From: Actinomycetota bacterium
Lineage (GTDB): Bacteria > Actinomycetota > Acidimicrobiia > IMCC26256 > PALSA-610
Direction: 5' to 3'
Length of the DNA: 64,000 bases
NCBI GenBank assembly: GCA_052390615.1
Contig: JBQTGT010000010.1
Span: forward strand, 4,639 to 68,638
Shown here piece after piece: positions 16,880 to 24,525 of the stretch (the first letter of the stretch is position 1; every line of letters begins with the position of its first letter). Below the pieces are notes generated by a model that saw nothing but the letters and a program-made list of their open reading frames with translations, was not told where the DNA came from and searched no databases. The position numbers and the translations under genes are program-made.

Positions 16880-17641
16880 GTGCCCTTCACCCTCGTGCTG
16901 CTCCGCCACGGGCAAAGCGTTTGGAACCTCGAGAACCTGTTCACCGGCTGGGTCGACGTCGACCTCACCGAGAAGGGACGCGAAGAGGCGCTCGCGGGCG
17001 GAGCCGACCTCCGCGAGGCCGGCATCATGCCCGCGATCGTCCACACGTCGGTCCAGGTACGCGCGATTCGAACGGCCGAGCTCGCCCTCGACGAGTGCGG
17101 CCGCAAGTGGATTCCCGTCCGCCGGTCTTGGCGACTCAACGAGCGTCACTACGGCGATCTCCAAGGTCAGGACAAGAAGGAGACCAGCGCCCGATTCGGC
17201 ACCGAGCAGGTCAAGATCTGGCGTCGGTCCTACGACGTGCGGCCGCCGGCGCTCGACATCTCCGATCCGCGATGGGGCTACGACGATCGCTACGCGTCAC
17301 TGCCGCGCGACGTCCTCCCCGCGTCCGAGTGTTTGAAGGACGTCCTCGGACGCATGCTCCCGTGGTGGGAAGACGTCATCGTCTCCGACCTCCGCACCGG
17401 CGCCACAGTACTCGTCGCCGCGCACGGCAACTCGCTGCGCAGCCTCGTGAAGCACCTCGATGGGATGACTGAACAACAAGTCGTCGACCTGAACCTGCCG
17501 ACGGGCGAGCCGCTCGTGTACGAACTCGACGACGACATGCACCCGATCAACAAGGTGGGGCCGGGTGGCGTGAAGGGCCGGTACCTCAACGCCACGCGCG
17601 CGCTCGCCAACGCCGACGCCGTCGCCCAGCAAGCCGGCTGA
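16880..17641 (+). CDS. gpmA: 2,3-bisphosphoglycerate-dependent phosphoglycerate mutase
   Basis: Contains [38 protein letters not shown] and [11 protein letters not shown]. Start assigned to the GTG at 16880 (253 aa, the normal length). Confidence 0.9.
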   Translation: MPFTLVLLRHGQSVWNLENLFTGWVDVDLTEKGREEALAGGADLREAGIMPAIVHTSVQVRAIRTAELALDECGRKWIPVRRSWRLNERHYGDLQGQDKKETSARFGTEQVKIWRRSYDVRPPALDISDPRWGYDDRYASLPRDVLPASECLKDVLGRMLPWWEDVIVSDLRTGATVLVAAHGNSLRSLVKHLDGMTEQQVVDLNLPTGEPLVYELDDDMHPINKVGPGGVKGRYLNATRALANADAVAQQAG

Positions 17642-17665
17642 CATCACTTCGATGGACAGGCGCTG

Positions 17666-18940
17666 ATGGACCGGCGGCGGTTCGCGCGAGTGCTCGCCGC
17701 GATCGCGACAGCCGGGCTGCTCGGTCGGATCGCGTACATCCTCGCGGTCACTCGCGACCAGAAGCCGTACATCGACGAGATCTACTACGCCGACACCGCC
17801 GTGCACCTCGCCCGTGGAAACGGATTTCGGACTCCGTTGTTCTTCGGTCCGCCGGCGGGCGAGATCGCCGAGCACCCCCCACTGACCTCGTTGGTGCTGG
17901 CGCCGGCGGCGTGGATCACCGACGAGAGCCGGCTCGCAATGCGCATAACGATGGCCATGGCCGGTGTTGCGGTCGTCGTTCTCGTCGCACTCGTCGCCGC
18001 CCGGATCGCGGGCCGGCGCGCCGGACTCATCGCAGCGGTGCTCGCGGCGTGTTCCCCCAACCTATGGGTGAACGACGGCCTGCTCATGTCCGAAACGCTG
18101 GCGACGTTGGCGACTGCGGGCGCGGTGCTCGGCACCTACGTTCTCGTGACGACGCGACGCATCGCGGCCGCGATCGCGACAGGTGGCGCGTGCGCGGCGG
18201 CGATGCTGACGCGGGGCGAACTCGCGCTCCTGTTGCCGTTGATGGTGCTCCCGGCGTTGGCCCTCATGGGGAACGTCGTCACCCGAGACCGGCTGCGCCT
18301 CGCCGGTGTGACGCTCCTGGCCGCCGCAACCCCGGTCGTTCCATGGGTCGCGTACAACCTCGCGCGGTTCGAAGATCCGGTCCTGTTGTCCCACGGCGAT
18401 GCGGGCGTGCTGCTCGGCGCGAACTGCGACGAAACATACGGCGGACACGACCTGGGTTACTGGAACGGTCTTTGTGCGCTCACCGACCGTGCCGGCGACG
18501 CGTCCGTGGACGCCGGCGAGAAGCGTGACGCGGCGTTCGAGTACATGCGCGAGCACGCCGAACGACTGCCGGTCGTCGTCGTTGCGCGGGTCGGTCGGAT
18601 GTGGGGCGTCTACCGTCCGTTCGAGATGGCCGAGCGCCACCGGGAAGAAGGCCGCCCTGAATGGGTCTCGATCGCGGGATGGGCGTCGACGTTCCTCTTC
18701 CTTGCCCTCGCCGTCCAGGGCCTGCGCGTGCTGCGGAGACGGGAAGTGCCGCTGCTCCCGCTGGTCGCGCCGGCTGCGATGGCAACGCTCGTCGCGGCAA
18801 TGTTCTACGGACACCCCCGCTTCCGAGCCCCCGCCGAGGTCGGAATCGTCGTGTTGGCGGCCGTCGGTATCGATGCGTATTGGTCACGCCGGCGGGGTTC
18901 CGTCTCCAGCGAGGCACCGCCCGAACCGACAATCGCGTGA
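17666..18940 (+). CDS. Polytopic membrane glycosyltransferase (GT39 / ArnT-PMT-like)
   Basis: It has an N-terminal TM, then DEIYYADTAVHLARGNGF (the DE/loop motif of PMT_2-type enzymes), then more than 8 predicted TM helices. Confidence 0.65.
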   Translation: MDRRRFARVLAAIATAGLLGRIAYILAVTRDQKPYIDEIYYADTAVHLARGNGFRTPLFFGPPAGEIAEHPPLTSLVLAPAAWITDESRLAMRITMAMAGVAVVVLVALVAARIAGRRAGLIAAVLAACSPNLWVNDGLLMSETLATLATAGAVLGTYVLVTTRRIAAAIATGGACAAAMLTRGELALLLPLMVLPALALMGNVVTRDRLRLAGVTLLAAATPVVPWVAYNLARFEDPVLLSHGDAGVLLGANCDETYGGHDLGYWNGLCALTDRAGDASVDAGEKRDAAFEYMREHAERLPVVVVARVGRMWGVYRPFEMAERHREEGRPEWVSIAGWASTFLFLALAVQGLRVLRRREVPLLPLVAPAAMATLVAAMFYGHPRFRAPAEVGIVVLAAVGIDAYWSRRRGSVSSEAPPEPTIA

Positions 18941-19863
18941 TGCCCTCCCGGTTCGCCGCCCGCGCCGCCCTTGCGTTCGGCTTCTTCGCGGCCAGCGTCG
19001 CGTATGGCTGTTGGATCGCGCAACGCACGGCGCTCGACCCGGGCGCGACCGGCGAGGTCGCGCGGGCATTGCTCGAGTCACCGCCTGTGCGCGATGCGCT
19101 GCAGGATCAGATCGCCGACCAGATACGCGCCGCCAACTACCAAGCCGAGGACGCCGAACTCGATCCGCAAACACTCGCCGCAATCGAAACGGCGGTTGTC
19201 GACCCGCGCTTCGTCAATGCGTTCGCGGATGGCCTCACCGAGATCCACCGCCAGCTGCTGAGTGGAAGCAGCGGCCAGCTCACGCTCGACGTCAACTCGG
19301 TGACGGCGGCCGTGCAAGAGTCGCTCGCCGAGTTCGACCCCGCGCTCGCCGACCAGCTGGCCGCCCAGCCGCTCCAGATCGACCTCGGCGACGCCCGTCT
19401 CCCGCAGCTCGGGGACGCCCGGTCACGGGCTCGCAGCACGATGGTCGTCGCGCTCGCGTGCGCGCTGCTCCTTCTCGCCAGCGGCGTCGCGCTCGCCGAA
19501 CGGACGCGCGACGCGCTGGCGCGGATCGGCCGTCGACTGGCGCTGCTCGGACTCAGCCCGATCCTCGTGTTCGTCGTCGCGCCGTGGGGGCTCGCCAGCT
19601 TCGGCGATGGCGGCACTGTCGCCGCCGACGTGCTCGGCGTGTACCGCGGACGCGTGATCCCGTCAGTCGTCGCGCTGATCGTCGCCGGCATCGGGTTGTG
19701 GATCGGCGCGCGCGTCTGGCCGGCGGACGCGGTCGGGACACCGAAACCGGGTGAGCGGCCCCGAGCCCGCACGCGCGGCATACCTGGGCTCACGCGGCCG
19801 AACATTCCGGTCGGACCGCGCCGCACTCCCGGCGAACGCCCCACCGAACGGCTGTACCTCTAG
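18940..19863 (+). CDS. Hypothetical membrane protein
   Basis: The ATG at 18940 overlaps the upstream TGA. It has an N-terminal TM, a soluble acidic region, three C-terminal TM helices and a basic Pro-rich tail. Confidence 0.6.
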   Translation: MPSRFAARAALAFGFFAASVAYGCWIAQRTALDPGATGEVARALLESPPVRDALQDQIADQIRAANYQAEDAELDPQTLAAIETAVVDPRFVNAFADGLTEIHRQLLSGSSGQLTLDVNSVTAAVQESLAEFDPALADQLAAQPLQIDLGDARLPQLGDARSRARSTMVVALACALLLLASGVALAERTRDALARIGRRLALLGLSPILVFVVAPWGLASFGDGGTVAADVLGVYRGRVIPSVVALIVAGIGLWIGARVWPADAVGTPKPGERPRARTRGIPGLTRPNIPVGPRRTPGERPTERLYL

Positions 19864-19955
19864 CGCAACTTCGGTGCTGTTTCGTCACACTGCTGGGCGT
19901 CCGAGACCGAGACCGGTAACTTGAACGATTCCGGGCTTGGGAGCGGAGACAGTAC

Positions 19956-21956
19956 GTGGGAGTCGGCACGGCACACGGGCGCGTGCGCGCCCTCGACGGC
20001 GTTCGGGGGCTCGCGGTTGCGGCAGTGCTGTGCTTCCACGCCGAGTTCGGCTTCGCTTCGGGCGGCTTCCTCGGCGTCAGCGCCTTCTTCACCCTCTCCG
20101 GCTTCCTGATCACGAGCCTGCTGCTCACCGAACATCAGGCGACGGGCCGGATCGCACTCGGTGCGTTCTGGGCCCGCCGCGCGCGCCGCCTTCTGCCCGC
20201 TGCCGCGGTCGCGCTGTTCGGCGTGCTCGTGTACGGCGCGACGATCGCGACCACCGACCAACTTGGTGACCTGCGCGGCGACATCCTCTCTGCGGTCGGT
20301 TACGTCGCAAACTGGCGGTTCGAGGCGAGCGGAAACGAGTACTCCGAGCTGTTCGAAGCGCCGTCACCCGTACTGCACTTCTGGTCGCTGGCGATCGAGG
20401 AGCAGTTCTATGCGTTGTTCCCGCTCTTCGTCGTCGGTGCGATCGCGCTCGGCCGGGGCCGCACTCGCGCCCTGACGTGGATGCTTGCGGCCGGGATTGC
20501 CGCATCGGTCCTGGCCACCGTGCTCGCCCGTGACACCAGCCGCGTCTACTACGGCACCGACACCCGCGCGTCCGAGCTGTTGGTCGGCGCGCTCCTCGCG
20601 TGCGTGCTCTTTCACCGGTCGCTCCCCACTTCGAAAGCCGCCCGTTCGATCGTCGGCACTGCCGGCGCGCTCGCGCTGGCAGTGCTCACGTGTTGGTGGG
20701 TCACGGTCGACCAAGGCGACGAGTGGTTGTACCGAGGCGGGTTCGCAGTCCACGGCGCGCTCGTCGCGGTGGTGCTCGTCGCCGCGCTCTCCGGCACGCG
20801 CGTCGCACGCGCACTTGGCGCTTCCCCGCTCGTCGGGCTCGGATGCATCTCCTACGGGGTGTATCTGTATCACTGGCCGATCTTCTTGTGGCTGTCGCCC
20901 GAGCGCACCGGCCTCGCGGCCGCGTCGCTATTCGCGTTGCGTGTCGCGTGCACGCTCGCGTGCGCGATCGCCTCGTACTACTTCGTCGAACAGCCCATCC
21001 GGACGGGGCGCCGCATCCGCGGTTCGTGGCCTCGGCTCGTGGCGCCCGCCGCGACCGGCGCGCTCGTCGTGGCGTTGATCGCGGTGACGGCGTCGCCACC
21101 GGCGCCCGCATTTCGGCTCGAGGCGGTACAAGCGCATGCGCCGGTCGCGGCCGACGCGCGGGTTGCGCTCGTCCCGATTGCGGAGACTCCGACCCCAGCA
21201 CCGGCGACCGCTCCCGCCGCGGTCGTGCTCGCGCCGTTCCACCGACCGCTCGATGCGCCGCGACAGCTGCGCGTGATGGTCGTAGGCGACTCCGTGGGGC
21301 TCTCGCTCGGACGCGGACTCGAGTTATGGGGCGAGGAGACGGGACGCGCGGTGGTCCGCAACGAGGGGATGCTGTGGTGTGCGCTCGGTCGCGACTTACC
21401 GCGCATCGCGGGCTACGGCCCTGACGAGCAAGGCGCAGGCTGTAACGAATGGGACCGGCGTTGGACGCGCGCGATCGATCGGTTCGACCCCGATGTCGTC
21501 GTCGTGTTGTTCACACTCTGGGAGATGTCGTTGCGCCAGCTCCCGGGCACCGAGGAGTTCGTCGGTCCGGGTAACCCTGGTCTCGACGCGTGGCAGCTCG
21601 GCGAGTACCAAGCCGCCGCCGACGTGTTGTCGCAGCGCGGCGCGGCCGTGGCGTGGCTCTCAGTCCCGTGCGCCCAAACCGACACGAGCACGCCGGGCAC
21701 TGCAATTGCGTTGGTCAATCGCACGGTCACCGAGCTCGACCGCTCGCGCCGCGCGGTGCGGGCGCTGGATCTTGACGGTGCGCTGTGCCCGGACGGGGAG
21801 TTCGTGCGCGCGTTCGGCGGCGTCGACCCCGCGCGCCCCGACGGCTGGCACTTCTCCGACGATGGTGCGATCGCTGTCGCGCGCTGGATCATGCCGCAGG
21901 TGTTCGGCGAGGTCCCGATTCCGGAGCTGGCGGAACCACCGCACCGCGCGCGCTAG
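19956..21956 (+). CDS. Acyltransferase-3 (OafA/YrhL-like) membrane domain fused to a C-terminal SGNH-type domain
   Basis: Contains LDGVRGLAVAAVLCFH, FFTLSGFLIT and HFWSLAIEEQFY, followed by MVVGDSVG (GDS block) and a C-terminal GWHFSDDG. Confidence 0.8.
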   Translation: MGVGTAHGRVRALDGVRGLAVAAVLCFHAEFGFASGGFLGVSAFFTLSGFLITSLLLTEHQATGRIALGAFWARRARRLLPAAAVALFGVLVYGATIATTDQLGDLRGDILSAVGYVANWRFEASGNEYSELFEAPSPVLHFWSLAIEEQFYALFPLFVVGAIALGRGRTRALTWMLAAGIAASVLATVLARDTSRVYYGTDTRASELLVGALLACVLFHRSLPTSKAARSIVGTAGALALAVLTCWWVTVDQGDEWLYRGGFAVHGALVAVVLVAALSGTRVARALGASPLVGLGCISYGVYLYHWPIFLWLSPERTGLAAASLFALRVACTLACAIASYYFVEQPIRTGRRIRGSWPRLVAPAATGALVVALIAVTASPPAPAFRLEAVQAHAPVAADARVALVPIAETPTPAPATAPAAVVLAPFHRPLDAPRQLRVMVVGDSVGLSLGRGLELWGEETGRAVVRNEGMLWCALGRDLPRIAGYGPDEQGAGCNEWDRRWTRAIDRFDPDVVVVLFTLWEMSLRQLPGTEEFVGPGNPGLDAWQLGEYQAAADVLSQRGAAVAWLSVPCAQTDTSTPGTAIALVNRTVTELDRSRRAVRALDLDGALCPDGEFVRAFGGVDPARPDGWHFSDDGAIAVARWIMPQVFGEVPIPELAEPPHRAR

Positions 21957-21970
21957 TACTCCCGAGGTCT

Positions 21971-22014
21971 GTTTGGTCAGCAACCGGGGCCATGACCCCG
22001 GCGCGTGACCAAAC
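21971..22014. terminator. Compound hairpin between convergent genes
   Basis: Outer stem GTTTGGTCA (21971-21979) / TGACCAAAC (22006-22014). Inner stem CCGGGG/CCCCGG with a 6-nt loop. Confidence 0.5.
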
Positions 22015-22113
22015 ATGATGAGGATCCGACGGCAGCGCGTTGACCGCGGCAGCTAGATGTCGAGCGGCACGCCGCGAGCACGATGCCGAGGAGCGGCACC
22101 ACGGTGCGGACAC

Positions 22114-22626
22114 TCACTCTATCGGTACCGCCCGGACCAACGGCACCGGCTCGGCGAAGCCGCGGACGAACACCGGCCCGAGCGGTTCGTAGTCGACGCC
22201 GGGCAACGCGCCGACCTCGACCGCGGTCGCTTCCGACAACAGCACCTCGCCCGGCCCGGCGAGATCCACGATACGCGACGCGAGGTTCACGTCACGGCCG
22301 ACGATGTCGTCACCGCGCTGGCGGGGACAGCCCCAATGCATGCCGATGCGCACCCACAACGGCAGGTCGTCGTCACTGTCGCCCTCGAATTGCTGTTGGA
22401 GTCGAAGACAGGTCCGGAGCGCCTCACGGGCATCGTCGAACCACAACAGCAGGCCATCGCCGAGCTCCTTCACGACGCGACTGCACTCGGGCAACGACGC
22501 CCGCACGAGCTGTTCCTGGCGTTCGACGAGCGCGAGCGCGACATCGTCACCGTGCGTGTCGGTGAACTCGGTGAACCCGACGATGTCGGTGAACACGATT
22601 GCCCCGCTGGTCGTTGTCACCGGCAT
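22114..22626 (-). CDS. Stand-alone class III adenylate/guanylate cyclase catalytic domain (170 aa, no sensor domain)
   Basis: Contains IVFTDIVGFTEF, KELGDGLLLWF, VRIGMHWG and GRDVNLASRI. The start ATG overlaps the upstream gene by 10 nt. Confidence 0.85.
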   Translation of the reverse strand: MPVTTTSGAIVFTDIVGFTEFTDTHGDDVALALVERQEQLVRASLPECSRVVKELGDGLLLWFDDAREALRTCLRLQQQFEGDSDDDLPLWVRIGMHWGCPRQRGDDIVGRDVNLASRIVDLAGPGEVLLSEATAVEVGALPGVDYEPLGPVFVRGFAEPVPLVRAVPIE

Positions 22627-23297
22627 GCGACTCGAATCGTGCCGCTGACGGTCTTCACCTCGACCTGACCGTCAGTGCCCTGTGCGCAATCGCAGCGCAC
22701 CGAGCCGCTCAGCGACTTCAGGCGAGTGGCCGGAGCACGCCGCTCGGGCACGGTCACCTCGACGGTGCCCGACACGCTCTTCACCGCGACGCGGCCCGTC
22801 GCCGTCGCGCCGATCCTGACGGTGCCGCTCACCGTCTTCATCTCCGCGCCGTCAACTTCGTCGGCGCGGATCGATCCCGATACAGCGGCGACGGCGGCGT
22901 GCGCGGCATGGCCGATCTCGACGCTCCCACTCACCACGACCACACGGCAGCCGCCCTCGCACACCCCGACCGTCACGCTCCCGGAGTGGGTGCGGGCATC
23001 GATCTCGCTCGCGTGTTCAACGCGAATGCTCCCGCTCTTGCTGGCAACCCTGATTCCGGCGACCACCCCGCGTACCTCGACCGACCCGCTCGCGGTGCCG
23101 ATCACGACGTCGGCGCCCGCGGGAATGCGCACGTCCAGCGCCTTCGAACCACCCTTCGCGCCACGTACGAGGACGGTGCCGTCGGGCCGGGCTTCGACTT
23201 CGCCGCCCTGCACTGCAATCTCGGCCCCGGGATCGGCGTGCACGTGCACGGCACCGCTGCGATTCTCGATGCGAAGGCGCGCAACCTGTGCGTTCAC
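22617..23297 (-). CDS. DUF4097-type beta-strand repeat protein (putative adhesin fold)
   Basis: Nine repeats of the (V/K/H/L)SG(S/T)(V/I)x(V/I) motif spaced ~20 aa apart. GTG start at 23295-23297. Confidence 0.7.
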   Translation of the reverse strand: MNAQVARLRIENRSGAVHVHADPGAEIAVQGGEVEARPDGTVLVRGAKGGSKALDVRIPAGADVVIGTASGSVEVRGVVAGIRVASKSGSIRVEHASEIDARTHSGSVTVGVCEGGCRVVVVSGSVEIGHAAHAAVAAVSGSIRADEVDGAEMKTVSGTVRIGATATGRVAVKSVSGTVEVTVPERRAPATRLKSLSGSVRCDCAQGTDGQVEVKTVSGTIRVACR

Positions 23298-23311
23298 GGG
23301 CGGTGAGCCTA

Positions 23312-23752
23312 ATGTCGCCTTCGATGGCCATGAGCGACACCGAACAACGGGAATGGCGGGAGCGCATGCGTGACGTCATGGTGCGAACGCGCTTCATCGC
23401 CGCGATGGGCACCGTCGTCGAAGAATGGGGCGACGACGGCGTCCGGCTGCGGGTTCCGTTCGCCGAGCACCTCACGAACGATGGCAAGGAGTACCACGGC
23501 GGCGCGATCGCGGCGTTGATGGACACTGCCGGCGCGTCGGCGGTGTGGGCCGGGCACGACTTCGATCGCGGGCTCCGGGCGTCGACGGTCTCCATGACCG
23601 TGAACTACACCGGGCGCGCGCAAGGTGACTTGATCGCGATCGCGCGCTGCGTCAAGCGCGGCCGGGACACGCATTTCTCCGAGATCCGCGTCGAGGACCC
23701 ACAGGGCACGCTCGTCGCGACCGGAACCCTCGTCTACCGCATCACTCCGTAG
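23312..23752 (+). CDS. PaaI-family hotdog-fold thioesterase
   Basis: Contains YHGGAIAALMDTAGASAV and STVSMTVNY. The ATG at 23312 is preceded by GGTGAG. Confidence 0.8.
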   Translation: MSPSMAMSDTEQREWRERMRDVMVRTRFIAAMGTVVEEWGDDGVRLRVPFAEHLTNDGKEYHGGAIAALMDTAGASAVWAGHDFDRGLRASTVSMTVNYTGRAQGDLIAIARCVKRGRDTHFSEIRVEDPQGTLVATGTLVYRITP

Positions 23753-23758
23753 CCCGCG

Positions 23759-23905
23759 ATGCGTCATTGCGAGATGCTGCACTGCGCGTCACGCTCCCAG
23801 CCCGCATGAACATGCGTCACTTGACGTCTCCAGGGCCGCAAGGTGACGCAAATTCGCAGGCGGGGGGCGATCTTGCACGCGCTGTGAACAATTTCTAGGG
23901 TGACG
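23759..23905. promoter_or_regulatory. Cluster of GCGTCA(C/T)/GTGACGC motifs upstream of the TetR gene (candidate operators)
   Basis: Core motifs at 23761, 23786 and 23814, reverse copies at 23843 and 23899, and a 12-bp palindrome CGTCACTTGACG at 23815-23826. TGCGTCAC (23813-23820) and GTGACGCA (23843-23850) form a perfect 8-bp inverted repeat. Confidence 0.35.
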
Positions 23906-23910
23906 CCCCG

Positions 23911-24525
23911 ATGACGGCAGCTCCCTTGCGCAGCGGACGGGCGACCGACGGTCGCAGCGCCCGGTCGCAGCGGACGCGGCTCGCCGTTGTCGATGCGCTG
24001 CTCGATCTGCTGCGCGCCGGCAACCCCCGGCCGACCGCCAAGGAGATCGCCGAGCGCGCGGGCGTGTCGCTCCGTTCGGTATACGTCCACTTCGACGACC
24101 TCGACGACCTGTTCGTGGCCGCCGCACGCCGCCAGATCCAGTTGGTGCGAGACCTGATCGTCGTCGTCCCGGCAACCGGTTCGGTCGCGTCGCGGGCCGA
24201 GACGATGATGCGCGTCCGCAGCCAGATCTTCGAACAGATCGGGCCGGTGCGGCGCGCGGCCGAGCTCCAGGAGCCCTTCTCGGCCGCGCTCGCCGCTCGG
24301 CTCCGCGAAATCCGCGACGCGGGGCGCAACGACCTGGAACGCGTGTTTGCCGCCGAGCTCGACCGCCTCGCCTCCGACGAGCGCGTGCGCCGCCTGGCGG
24401 TGCTCGACACGCTGTGCGGATCGATCACCTGGGACCAGCTGCGCCGGAACTCAAAGCTCGAGGTCGCCGCGGCATGCGCCGCGGTCGTCGAGGCCATGAT
24501 CGCGGTCCTGGAACCGCGATCATGA
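23911..24525 (+). CDS. TetR/AcrR family transcriptional regulator
   Basis: N-terminal HTH region TAKEIAERAGVSLRSVYVHFDDLDDLF with a helical C-terminal ligand domain. Confidence 0.85.
   Translation: MTAAPLRSGRATDGRSARSQRTRLAVVDALLDLLRAGNPRPTAKEIAERAGVSLRSVYVHFDDLDDLFVAAARRQIQLVRDLIVVVPATGSVASRAETMMRVRSQIFEQIGPVRRAAELQEPFSAALAARLREIRDAGRNDLERVFAAELDRLASDERVRRLAVLDTLCGSITWDQLRRNSKLEVAAACAAVVEAMIAVLEPRS

Noticed and set aside
23883-23898. TGTGAACAATTTCTAG upstream of the TetR start as a possible second CRP-type site.
   Set aside because: Only the left half-site matches the consensus. The right half (TCTAG against TCACA) is poor.
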